Shown: in pieces, positions 13,266 to 24,404 of the stretch | How the letters are laid out: the number at the start of each line of letters is the position of its first letter | Numbering within the stretch: position 1 is the stretch's first letter | NCBI GenBank assembly: GCA_049999805.1 | Contig: JBNGIO010006037.1 | Coordinates: forward strand, 62,001-126,000 | Direction: 5' to 3' | DNA from: Folioceros fuciformis | Lineage: Eukaryota | DNA length: 64,000 nucleotides | Program-made: the position numbers and the translations under genes | Notes under the pieces: model-generated | The model's input: the letters and a program-made list of their open reading frames with translations, nothing else | The model's database searches: none | What the model was told of the DNA's origin: nothing

Positions 13266-15200
13266 TTAATCGGGATCCGTCATGAGCTGCATCTTGGGGC
13301 CCATGCTGAGCAGTTCCTGATAAAAAAAGTTTGCCGGCGTAAGGAATTTCCAGCTCCACGACGCTCTTGGGCAAGCGGCAGCGTCGACACATGGGCTTTT
13401 TACCGATAGTCTTAAACATAATCCCTAGTGACCGTGAGACATGAGATGGCAGGTCTTGGAGTACAAAAAACCGTAAAAATCGGAGAGCACAAAGGTCTTC
13501 TCCCAGACCATCCGCGCGCCACCGTGGGTTATGAGGCACTCACGCTCCATGGTCTCGAACCGGACACATCCACATTCGACCCCGTTACGGACGGAGGCCA
13601 AACTCAATGTGAGCAGGCCTTGACACGGGTGGGCGGTTGAGGGGATTCCGTCGCCCTTCTGCTCTGCATTTGACGGTATCGGCCAATATGTGGTTCAGGC
13701 GTTGGTAGACGGAGGGGCTAACGGTGAGGAGGGCTTCTCGCATCTTGCCATCCTGGATGACCTCCAGCTCATGAAACCTCTGAATCCCTGTTTGCGGCAT
13801 CGCAACTCCCACATCTCGTAGACCAGGCTGTCAGGATGGTGGTGGCATCCTACCCAGCTCCTGTTCAGGAAGACCTTCCAAGATCTCCTAATTGTCTCGA
13901 TAGTTGCCAAGTTCAACGGTTCCACACCTAAATCGTCAAGGAAGCCATGGACCATGTCCTCCACAAAATGAGCAGACAAATCGCTGGCCAGAGCAAGCGT
14001 CTTCACCAACCCGTAGTTTTTACCCTCAGGATTCTCTGGAGGACAAACTCTAGACCAACGTGAGTAATTCAGATCACGGGCAATCGGACCAGCATTGTAT
14101 CTTCCGTCAGCCCTCATGTCACGAAGCTGGGAATGCACGCTCAACGGATTGATCCGTGACAGATCCCTTACTACTCCAGTCAACTTGGCACTCCTGACAC
14201 CGATAACCCTCCATTCCACTGACGAAAAATGCTCGTTGGAAACCTAACGTAATCAGCTTGGTATCTGTCAGTTTGGTAATCTTGTTTAAGATTAACCCCT
14301 TCTTCGAGCTCAAAGCCTTTTTGCATCCGCCTCCTCAGTTCAACCCTTATAACGGCTCATTTCATTCCAGAACTCCCGACTGATCAGATCCCCAGGCTGG
14401 TGCACACGCTTGTTTCTTAGGTCATCTTGTCATCGACTTCGCCCCGGCCAAGATAACAGCAACACAGCCTGTACACCACGTACGCGAGTACAAAAGACTT
14501 TGACTTATTGCAAACGTCCTCCTGATCAAAGAGCTTGCTCAGAGCATTCTGCGCCCTGGCAACTTCATCAGGTCCCATCTCATCCTTCACCTTGGAGCCG
14601 ATAAACTTGAACGAATCCGGCTCCAGTGCGCGGACGTTCACACTCTTGTTTTATCCTTCAAGAAGCGTGACATTTCTCGGTCTCCATGGCGTATGAACCC
14701 AAGAACCAGCTGCACCATCTCCGCATCAATATGTGCGGTACAAGGTATGAAAGCCTGGAGACATCCTTATCAGACGCAACATCAAGTGCTCGCATCGCGA
14801 CAACCACTGGAACCTGGTCAGGCACATCTCTCTCACGAACAGCGCACAATAGAGATTTACATGCATCCGAACCATCTGCAGCGCCTTCAGAAAAACAACG
14901 TCCTTGTACATGGCATTAGAGCCCGGGCACTCGCCGAGCGAGTAGGCAGTAAAGCCAGGCTTCCTGCGCATGCTCGCAACAGTGATGCGTTCCCTGAGAG
15001 AATGTTCCTCTGGAAACAACACTTTCTCTGCCCCCTTGATGATAAAATGGCCTCCCTCATCGAAAGCACAGTCCTCCTTAAGCTTGCCTACCCTGGAGCT
15101 CTCCTCTTTTAGAGCCACAAGATTACACCACGCAGACTTCACCAGAACAGGAATCTTGCCGAGAAGCACCGACGCAATTGTATTACTTCAGCAGCCCGCG
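13266..15200 (-). pseudogene. Degenerate NRP(D/E)2 (Pol IV/V second-largest subunit) paralog with frameshifts and a large internal deletion
   Basis: Colinear fragments in shifting frames: 'LGKIPVLVKSAWCNL', 'GGHFIIKGAEKV', 'YRLCCCYLGRGEVDD', 'ITLGFQRAF', 'LNYSRWSRVCPPENPEGKNYGLVKTLAL', 'VYQRLNHILADTVK', 'FETMERECLITHG', 'VVELEIPYAGKL', 'QELLSMG'. All align with the intact gene at 16369-21248. Confidence 0.88.
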
Positions 15201-15546
15201 AAACATACTTCTTCCTCAAACCAGCTTCATGCACTTCATTTTGTTTAAGCAAGTTTCCCGCGCGTCTGCCACAAAGCTCTGCTGTGCACTTGGTTTTGCT
15301 TAACCGAGAAAGACATGGATCCGTTTATTTGCCAGCCTCGTGAAACAACGCTGTCCTACGTAAGTGGTGGTTTCAGCAGTCCAGATGAGTGGCCTGTCAC
15401 AAGGCTCACAAGTCAGTAGCCATCTCTCACTGTCCTCCCCTTCCATGTAGGAGCCTTCTCGACGGCCATTCTGCAGCGCTGCCAATTACATGTCCTCGCG
15501 GCTATCCAAGTCCATCACTGCAGGAATTTGGAGAGCAATCTCACGC

Positions 15547-15655
15547 TCCTCCCCTTCCATGTAGGAGCTTTCTTCTTCCCCTTCCATGCAGGAGCTTTCT
15601 TCCTCCCCTTCCATGTAAGAGCTTTCTTCCTCCCCTTCCATGTAGGAGCTTTTCT
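15547..15655. repeat. 27-bp tandem repeat, ~4 copies, plus a detached partial copy near 15434-15457
   Basis: Unit cctccccttccatgtaggagctttctt seen directly. Confidence 0.9.
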
Positions 15656-16368
15656 CGATGTTGTGGCCTCAACCCTACTATGACTACCAGCGAGAATGAT
15701 TGTCAAGGTAGGGGGACGAGCACGGATGAGTGGCAAGCCTGTTCACGACTCGTAATTAGGGCATTATAACAAGTTTACCATAAAGACAAGATGTAAATAC
15801 CTCACTAGGAACCGTGATGCCTGGAAGGGGATGTCAGAAAATGGAGTTTGACCGGTCAAGTATACAACCACATCTCTATAAAATCCTAGTCACCATGTGT
15901 CGGAGTCATAACCGGCAGGTGAGCAGTGCCTCGTGGCACTGACAGCCCGGTCATAGTGCAAACCCGGCCTAAGGTTTCTGTTGCCATGAGTGATGAGTTG
16001 CTGTCACGCTCCGAGTGCCGGCTCGGGCAGTGGAAGCTATACGCTATACGGCGGCTTATTAACGGCTGTCCGCCGCTTCCCGCGCTTCCTAAGCTTGCTC
16101 TCGAGCAGTCGAGAGTCGCCTGCCTGCGAGCAGCGTCGGGGAACCTCAGTCACGAAATTGACTATGCGCATGCCTGCTTTGGAGCGGAGGGAGTCGCCAA
16201 TTTCGCAAACAAGAGGTGTGGGTGGAGCTCTTCGTTTTTCTCTTCAATGTGCGGGCTCGTGCACTGCATGTGAGCTCAGGTGTTTGCTCCACTGTGGCAG
16301 GCATTGGGCGTAGCAGTGGAAGGTAGGTAATTGGAGCTCCCGCATCGACTTGCCTCAAGATTGGCGGC

Positions 16369-19300
16369 ATGGAGGTTGATAGAGAGGATTATTTAGAGCA
16401 GAGCTATGTGTTGAACGAGGACGTGGAGATGAAAGATGCCGGGATAGGAGGCGGCCGTGAAGCTGGCTTGTTGTCAGGTTGGTGAGAGTTTCCGCTGCTG
16501 CGCTGGGGACGCTGGTGTAGAAAGATTGAGCTGAGCTCGTGAAGGTTGCGTGATGGCGGAAGCGTGTCGTTGTAACAATTGTTGGCTTGTCATGCAGAGG
16601 GGGAAGGGGGGGCGGGTGCGGACAAAGACGCGTTCCCCGGACCTTCGAACACGAGGGTGGATGCTGGAGAGGGGCCAAGGGGACTGAACGATGTTTCTGA
16701 CGAGGTGCAGAGGATGCTGTGGACGATAGTGAAGGCGTTCTTCCAGGAAAAGACTCTGGTTGCGCACCAGGTTTCGGCGTTCAATGATTTTATGAACTTC
16801 GGGTTGCAGAGACTGATCGACGAAGCTCCTGTTCATGAGATACTTCCGGATCACGATCCCGGTGCAGTGCGTCATGGAAACCTTCCGAGGCAGGCCCGGG
16901 TTAGGTTTGGGAAGGTGCATGTTGTGAAGCCAAACACTTCGATGAAGCCTCCCAAGCCGGTTGTCAATTTTGGAGTGCATGATGCAGACAAGAAGGCTGC
17001 AGATGGCGACAAGGAGACNNNNNNNNNNNNNNNNNNNNNNNNNNNNNNNNNNNNNNNNNNNNNNNNNNNNNNNNNNNNNNNNNNNNNNNNNNNNNNNNNN
17101 NNNNNNNNNNNNNNNNNNGGGCGGCCTGGAGCAACAGAGATGCAGCAGTTGATAATGGTTGGGGTGAACCCGCCCGTGAGGAAAATGGTTGGGGGGTTCC
17201 AGCTGGTGACACAGCCATGCCACATAGCTGGGCTTCCCCCGTGAAGGGAAAGTCTAAGTCACCTGCTGGAGATGAAGCTGGAGCTTTATTGGGTGAAGCA
17301 GGAGATAATCAGTCCAATGCTGGAGGAACCGATCAGAAAGGTGGATGGGAGGAGACGAAGTGGGGTGACCTCAATGAGAAAGGATCTAACAAGGAGAAAC
17401 GTAAAGGGGCGTTTGATTTTGAAGGAGACGAGGTAAATTACGGTCTGAAAGCAGGGAAAGCTCATGGAGATGAAGTAGTAGACTATGGCAAAGCTTGGTG
17501 TGGCAATGAGGAAGTAGACTACGGCAGCAGGGCTTCCAAAGGGAGTAAACTGCCTGCTGAAGACGATGAAGTTGCCTTTGGCATCAGGAGCTCTAAGGGC
17601 AAACTGCGAGCTGGAAAGGACAGTGATGGAGACAACGAAGAGGATCCCCAAGATCGAGGCCAGTTGATCGCCAACGCTAAAGGGAATGGCAAGCTTGATG
17701 CAGAAGAGCAGACAGCGAAAGCAAAGGGAAGAACTAAAGGGGCCGCTGCAGACAGAAAGAAAAAGGGGAAAGCTCCTGAAGGTGACCAATTGGATGGAGT
17801 GCAGGAAGCAACAGAGAAAAGAGCGAATGGTGGTAAGAAGCGTAAGTCTCGGAAGGAGACTGACGCCGAGGAAGAGGAAGAAGATGTTCGCACCGTTCTT
17901 TACCCCAGGGAGGCTCGACTGCGGAACTTAACGTATGCTGCTGATATCTATGTTGACATGACCGTTGAAGTTTATGTTGCTCCTTTGGCTGGAACGACCT
18001 CTAAAGCCGGCAAGTCAGGGTCCAGAGACAAGCCATCCAGCTCCAACGACGTCTCTGATGCGCGACCTGCAGAAGAGGAGGAGAAAATTTTGGAAGTAAA
18101 GCGTCTCCCTCGTGAGCATCTGGGGAAGATACCTGTGATGGTCAAATCACAATTTTGCAATCTTCATGGCCTGGATAGCAAGGTGCTAGCAAAGGAGGAC
18201 GATGCTTATGACATTGGAGGGTACTTCATTATTAAAGGTGCCGAAAAGGTGGTTTTTGCACAGGAGCAGCCTTTTATACGCCGGCTTACGCTCTCTAGGA
18301 ACAAAGACGGCTTAACTGCAACTTCTGGTGGAGTTTGCAAGGGAACTAACTTGGTGTTTAGAAACAGAGTCTATCTGAGGAGAAAAGAATTAAAAAAAGG
18401 ATCTACAGAGGCAAGTGGACCCCTTGTATGCCAGGTTCGTTTGAGAAAGGTTGTACAACCCATCCCTTTGGTGATTGTGTTGCGAGCACTTGGGGTCGCT
18501 ACAGACAGAGATGTGCTTCAAATTGTATGTGTTGATCTTGAGGATAGCCAAATGGTGGAATTGGCACTCCCATTTATTCAACATGCAGATAAGGAAATGA
18601 CTGACTTCCTTGAAAGTGAAGGGAAGAATCCTAGTAAGGCACGTGAGAAAAAGAATGCCTTGAACTACCTCTTCTCGAAGCTAAAAAACAAGCCAAAGGA
18701 CTATAATCAGGGTGTTACAGAAGTTCTGGGCTTACTTTTCCAGGAACAGGTCATCAACTCGGAGGTCATGCAAGAACAGAGATCTGCACCGGAACCAGAG
18801 CCCCTAAATGACGTCGCAAAGGCCCTGCTGTTGGGGTACATGGCGCACAAACTTTGTTGCTGCTACTTGGGACGTTTGGAAGTGGATGACAGAGATAACT
18901 TCAGGAACAAACGTCTGGATTCAGCAGGCCATCTGCTAAGTCTGGAGTTCCGGAACCTTATGGTGAGGTTCAAGAACGAGATGAAGAGGAGGATTCAAAA
19001 GTCTTTGGCCAAAGCAACCGTCAACTTCAGGCTAGATACATCCATTTTCACCTTAGGTTTCCAGAGGGCATTCTCTACGGGAAATTGGAGCGCTCCAGGT
19101 GACATGAACAGCAAGTGCACAGGAGTAATAGCAGATCTGCCACGGACAAATCCCATGGGTGCATATTGCCAATTGAGAAAGACAAGGACGCAGGTAAATT
19201 ACGTTGCCAAAGCAACAAATGCCAGGTACTTGAACTACTCACATTGGGGCCGAGTGTGTAGCTTAGAGACCCCTGACGGTGAGAACTGCGGCTTGGTGAA

Positions 19301-21248
19301 GAGTCTTGCACTGACGAGCTTTGTCAGTGTTGAGTCGTCGGAAAAAATTGTTCACGACTTTCTCGCGGAAGTGGGGATGACAAAGGCCAACTCGGTCGGA
19401 ACTGATCATGAGTTGATGCTGATGTCAGATAAGGTTTTCCTTAATGGCAAGTGGGTTGGTTGTCATGCTGACCCGGACGATCTTGTCAGGGAAATGCGCA
19501 GCCTGCGCCGGCAGCAGTTCCTGAACAGCGAGGTGGAAATTGTTCAAGACAAGAAAATGAGGGAGGTTCGTATATATACAGATGCAGGCAGACCACTACG
19601 ACCGTTGCTGATTGTAGAGGACCAAAGGCTTAGGTTGAACGTCAAGGACATTGAGCACCTGAAATCTGGCCCTGCTGGTGGGCTGACCTATCTCTTGGAG
19701 CGAGGGGTGCTGGAGTTCCTTGGGGTGGAGGAGGAAGAAGGGGCGCACATCGCAGCTGATACTGCACAGTTGGAGAGTGCCCAGGGAAGTCTTGATGCCC
19801 TCCCTTACACACATTGTGAGATCCATGCCCATCTAACGTATGGCCTAGGTGCTTCCGGAATCCCGTTCGCAAACTACAATCAGTCTTCGCGGGATATGCA
19901 GCAGGCGCAGAAACACGGCAAGCAAGCCGTCGGGAATTATGCCACCAATATGAGAGCAAGATCAGACACTACTGCTCATGAGCTATTTTATCCTCAAACT
20001 CAGTTAGTGAAAACGGGAGCTATGAGCTGCCTGCAGATGCCTGAGCTGGCGAATGGTCAAACAGCGATTGTGGCAATTGCCTGCTACAGTGGATACAATC
20101 AGGAGGACTCTCTTATTATGAACCAGTCTTCCATAGATCGAGGACTATTCCGTTCACTTCACTACAAGACCCACCGGAGCATACTCCGGAGAGGTACAGG
20201 TGAACAGTTTGGCAAGCCCGACCCCGAGAACAGTATAGGTACGAAGAATACCCAGGCGTACGAAAAGCTGGATACGGATGGTTTTCCGCATGTAGGTGCA
20301 AACTTGGCAGTTGGTGACATTGTGGTTGGGAAGTTGAGGGCAGACAGGACGGGCATAGGGATGCTCACAGATGCCAGTGAGAAGGCCAAAGTCTCCAATA
20401 GAGGTCGGGTGGATCAAGTTATCCTGACTACTGAGGAGGATGGAACGTACATTGCCAAGGTGCGGGTGAGGCTAGCTCGGGCACCTCAGATAGGGGACAA
20501 GTTCAGCAGCATGCATGGGCAGAAGGGTGTGATCGGCATGATTTTGCCCCAGGAGGACATGCCTTTCACCAGAGAAGGCATCGTCCCCGACATCATCGTC
20601 AACCCGCACGCCTTCCCTACCAGGCAGACTCTTGGGCAGTTGATGGAGAATTTGCTAGGTAAAGTCGTGGCATGTCCTGTTAAGGAGGGCAAGCGGAAGC
20701 TCATGAGGAGCGATGCCACTCCCTTCACAAGTCTTACAGCAGATGCCATCGCAGAGGAACTCCACCAGTCAGGATATGGACGCTGGGCCAAGGAATGCAT
20801 GTATAATGGCTTCACTGGAGAGAAGATGGCGGCGCTGATCAACATTGGGCCAACATTCTACCAGAGACTGACGCACATGGTGAGCGATAAGGTTAAGTAT
20901 CGAGGCAGAGGGTTCGTGCACCCTCTCACTCGTCAGCCCGTGAAGGAGCGCGACAGACACGGTGGGGTCAAGTTTGGAGAAATGGAGCGGGACTGTATGA
21001 TCGCCCACGGCGCAGCCATGACTCTGCGAGAGAGAACCTTCGTCCTCTCCGATTTCTACAGGATATACTACTGCAAGGGCTGCGAGGTTCTGGCAAGTAT
21101 GGACAACATCACCAAAATCCCCAGCTGCCGCATCTGCCGTCAAGTAAAGCACGTAGTTCAGCTGGAAATCCCTTACGCCTGCAAGCTCCTCCATCAGGAA
21201 CTCCTGAGCATGGGTATCTGTATAAGACTCATAACAGAGCCCTGTTAA
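16369..21248 (+). CDS. NRPD2: RNA polymerase IV/V second-largest subunit (NRP(D/E)2-like) with a large N-terminal insertion; predicted exons 16369-16477 and 16598-21248
   Basis: RPB2-family motifs: 'LYPREARLRNLTY', 'GGYFIIKGAEKV', metal-B 'GYNQEDS', Zn ribbon and 'IPYACKLLHQELLSM'. Pol IV/V-type variants: 'GDKFSSMHGQKG', 'NPHAFPTRQT', 'GGVKFGEMERDC', 'QKH', 'ETPDGENCGLVK'. Phase-1 intron 16478-16597 inferred. A gap at 17019-17118 interrupts the ORF. Confidence 0.92.
17019..17118. other. Assembly gap (100 N placeholder) inside the NRP(D/E)2 insertion
   Basis: N run; the flanking reading frames join only if the true gap length is 2 mod 3. Confidence 0.95.
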
Positions 21249-21357
21249 CCTCCAACTGCCTACCCTCTCCAGCCTCCCAATGGCGAGAATGGTTGGTTTT
21301 CAACACTGAAATCGGCACAAACAGTAGGACAACAAAAGTGAAATCTAGTGTGAAGAA

Positions 21358-21717
21358 TTAGGAACTTTGGGGCGGCCCCTCGGATCCTCCTCCGCCCTGC
21401 CCTTGCAGGCGCTGGTCGGCGATGGCATTGCTGTCCGTCTCCAAGTTGTCCACGGATTTGGCGACTGCCTGCAGATGGCTTTTGAAAACGTGCACCCTCT
21501 TGGTCAGAGCGTCTATCTCCTCGCTGCACCTGTCCACAGTCCCTCGCACCAAGGCCACCCTTCCCAGAAGATTCTCCACCCTCTGGCCCACGAAAGTCTC
21601 AAGCTGCGTCACTCTGGCCTCCAGGTCCTGCAGGGGAGACACCGCCCTGGCGGAAGATAGGTCTTGCCCAGCAGGTGGAGTTGTCGGAGGAGAGTCGCCC
21701 GGCACCGCAGAATCCAT
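21358..21717 (-). CDS. Hypothetical ~119-aa coiled-coil protein
   Basis: ATG at 21717; heptad-like 'LQDLEARVTQLETFVGQRVENLLGRVALVRGTVDRCSEEIDALTKRV'; GC-rich coding-like composition; no family recognised. Confidence 0.4.
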   Translation of the reverse strand: MDSAVPGDSPPTTPPAGQDLSSARAVSPLQDLEARVTQLETFVGQRVENLLGRVALVRGTVDRCSEEIDALTKRVHVFKSHLQAVAKSVDNLETDSNAIADQRLQGQGGGGSEGPPQSS

Positions 21718-22062
21718 GCCACCAATAAGCAGAAGAAAGGGAAACGCAAGAGGACGCGAAGCCCAGGGCATCCAAAGCCCCTTCTGCCATGGCTCTGCCT
21801 TTTCATAATAACACAACACTCCAGTCTACAGTGACACCCATGTGGGTGGGGCTGTGACTCGTGAGATGGGAGTCTGTGATATGGTTGCGAAGAAAAAATA
21901 AAAATGAGGAAAATGGGGGTTTAAACTGAACCGGGCCTGCTGCTGCTGTTCCGACAGCAGGGCCAGCTGTTAGGGCCGCTGTTCCTTTCACTGATTGCTT
22001 GCTCGATTGCTCAAGCAGGAGTCAGGTGCCGGCTGGACCGTAACGGGAAGCCGTTCCGGGGG

Positions 22063-22461
22063 NNNNNNNNNNNNNNNNNNNNNNNNNNNNNNNNNNNNNN
22101 NNNNNNNNNNNNNNNNNNNNNNNNNNNNNNNNNNNNNNNNNNNNNNNNNNNNNNNNNNNNNNNNNNNNNNNNNNNNNNNNNNNNNNNNNNNNNNNNNNNN
22201 NNNNNNNNNNNNNNNNNNNNNNNNNNNNNNNNNNNNNNNNNNNNNNNNNNNNNNNNNNNNNNNNNNNNNNNNNNNNNNNNNNNNNNNNNNNNNNNNNNNN
22301 NNNNNNNNNNNNNNNNNNNNNNNNNNNNNNNNNNNNNNNNNNNNNNNNNNNNNNNNNNNNNNNNNNNNNNNNNNNNNNNNNNNNNNNNNNNNNNNNNNNN
22401 NNNNNNNNNNNNNNNNNNNNNNNNNNNNNNNNNNNNNNNNNNNNNNNNNNNNNNNNNNNNN
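22063..22461. other. Assembly gap (399 N)
   Basis: N run. Confidence 0.98.
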
Positions 22462-22540
22462 NGCTGGGGTACCGTGGCGGAATTCGGAGTGGTGGGATGG
22501 GGAGCTGTGATGGGGGCTAGGTAGCTGGGTCGTGAGCGGG

Positions 22541-24404
22541 ATGGCATCCGTGGAGAAGATGACGGAAGGGGCCTCCATTGCGGTCAGTGTGGAGAAAGTG
22601 AGCGCCTTCACCCCGGCGAGCGTGCCGACAGGTCCGACCCCGGGTCCGGGTCTGGGGCCGGGGCCGGGTCCGGCCGGCATTCTGGTGCACCAGGATGGCC
22701 CGCTGTCTCTCACGGACGTGGAGCTAGCGCTCCAGGAGACCAAGGAGCAGAGGGAGCACCGCATCCGCCAGCTCTTCGCCATCTTCGACACCAGCAAGTC
22801 GGGGTACCTGGACCACCGCCACATTGAGGATGTGTTCCGCACGCTCTCCATCCCCGCGCACAACAAGTACGCCAAGGAGCTGCTCAGCGTGTGCGATTCC
22901 GACCAGGACGGCAAGGTGGACTACGACGAGTTCCGCAAGTACATGGACAACAAGGAGCTGGAGCTGTACCAAATCTTCCAAGAGATCGACGTGAAGCATA
23001 ACGGCACAATTGAGCCGGATGAGCTGCGGCAGGCGCTTTTGAGAGCAGGTACATTCGTGCATGCCTGCCTTTTGGCTCTCGTGTGGCGTGGGTTGAGGCC
23101 AGGGGGTGCGCTTAGTTTAAGATCTCAGGCTGTGTGCAGGGATTCCCATCCAGGACGACCAGCTTGCCATGTTTGTGGACCATGTTGACAAGGATAACAA
23201 CGGGATCATCACCTTCGAGGAGTGGAGGGACTTTTTGCTTTTGCTGCCCAATGTGAAAACTCTTTCCAACATATATCATTACTGGGAGAAGATTTGTTTG
23301 GTTGATATTGGGGAGCAAGCCGTTATTCCAGAGGGGATAAGTCGCCAACTGGATGCGTACAAGTATTTCTTTGCCGGTGGAGTTGCTGGTGCTGTTTCAC
23401 GAACTGCAACAGCACCCTTGGACAGGCTTAAGGTGCTGCTGCAAGTGCAAACCCATGACCAAGGCCGTGGTGTGATGTCTGGGCTAGCAAAGATTTACAA
23501 GGATAGTGGCTTTGCGGGATTTTTCCGGGGGAATGGGCTCAATGTATTTAAAGTAGCCCCTGAGTCCGCCATCAAGTTCTATGCCTATGAACTGCTCAAG
23601 GAGTATGTGGTCAAGGTGGACGGTAGTGGAACCAAGGAAGAAATTGGAACTTGGGGACGTTTTGTCGCTGGAGGAGCCGCTGGAGCGATTGCTCAAACTG
23701 TAATTTATCCACTGGATGTAGTCAAGACCAGGCTTCAAACCTTTCGTGCCTCCGATGGCACAGCCCCGCCTCTGATGCGCTTGTCTCGTGATATTTGGGT
23801 CCATGAAGGTCCCAGAGCCATGTACAGGGGTCTTGTCCCATCTCTACTTGGCATGATACCGTATGCCGGCATCGACTTGGCTGCGTACGAGACATTTAAA
23901 GATTTGTCACGCCGATTTTTGCCGAAGGACACAGGTGATCCTCCCTCCTACTGCTCTGTGCCCCGACATCGCCAACCATGTACACCCCTCTAACTGTTTC
24001 TAGTGGACCAATTGCAGAGCCAGGCCCTCTGGTGCAGCTCGCTTGCGGGACTGTTTCAGGAGCCCTCGGAGCAACGTGCGTGTACCCTCTGCAGCTCGTC
24101 AGGACAAGGTGACATTTCTGATAGTTTTGTTTTCCATGTGATGATATCAACCTTGGGCAGGCAGAGACAGCTTTGTCTGACTGACTGTGCCTGCAGGCTG
24201 CAAGCCGAACCTATGAACTCTCCAAATCGGTACAAGGGTATGGGTGACTGCTTCCGACGCACATTCAAGAAAGAGGGTGTACGGGGCTTCTACAACGGGC
24301 TTGCCCCAAATCTGCTGAAGGTCGCGCCTGCTGCAAGCATCACTTATCTTGTGTACGAGGCTATGAAGAAACAGTTCTCACTGAATCCCAATTGTTCTAA
24401 CTGA
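22541..24404 (+). CDS. APC: Ca2+-binding mitochondrial ATP-Mg/Pi carrier (APC/SCaMC type), 4 exons
   Basis: EF-hands ([48 protein letters not shown]) followed by carrier signatures '[10 protein letters not shown]', '[10 protein letters not shown]', '[10 protein letters not shown]'. Exons approx. 22541-23048, 23140-23934, 24018-24108, 24197-24404. Confidence 0.95.

Noticed and set aside
17019-17118. Frameshift in NRP(D/E)2
   Set aside because: The frame change coincides with a 100-N placeholder gap of unknown true length.
13266-21248. Inverted NRP(D/E)2 copies forming a hairpin siRNA source
   Set aside because: The copies look too diverged for long perfect duplexes and are oriented for divergent transcription.
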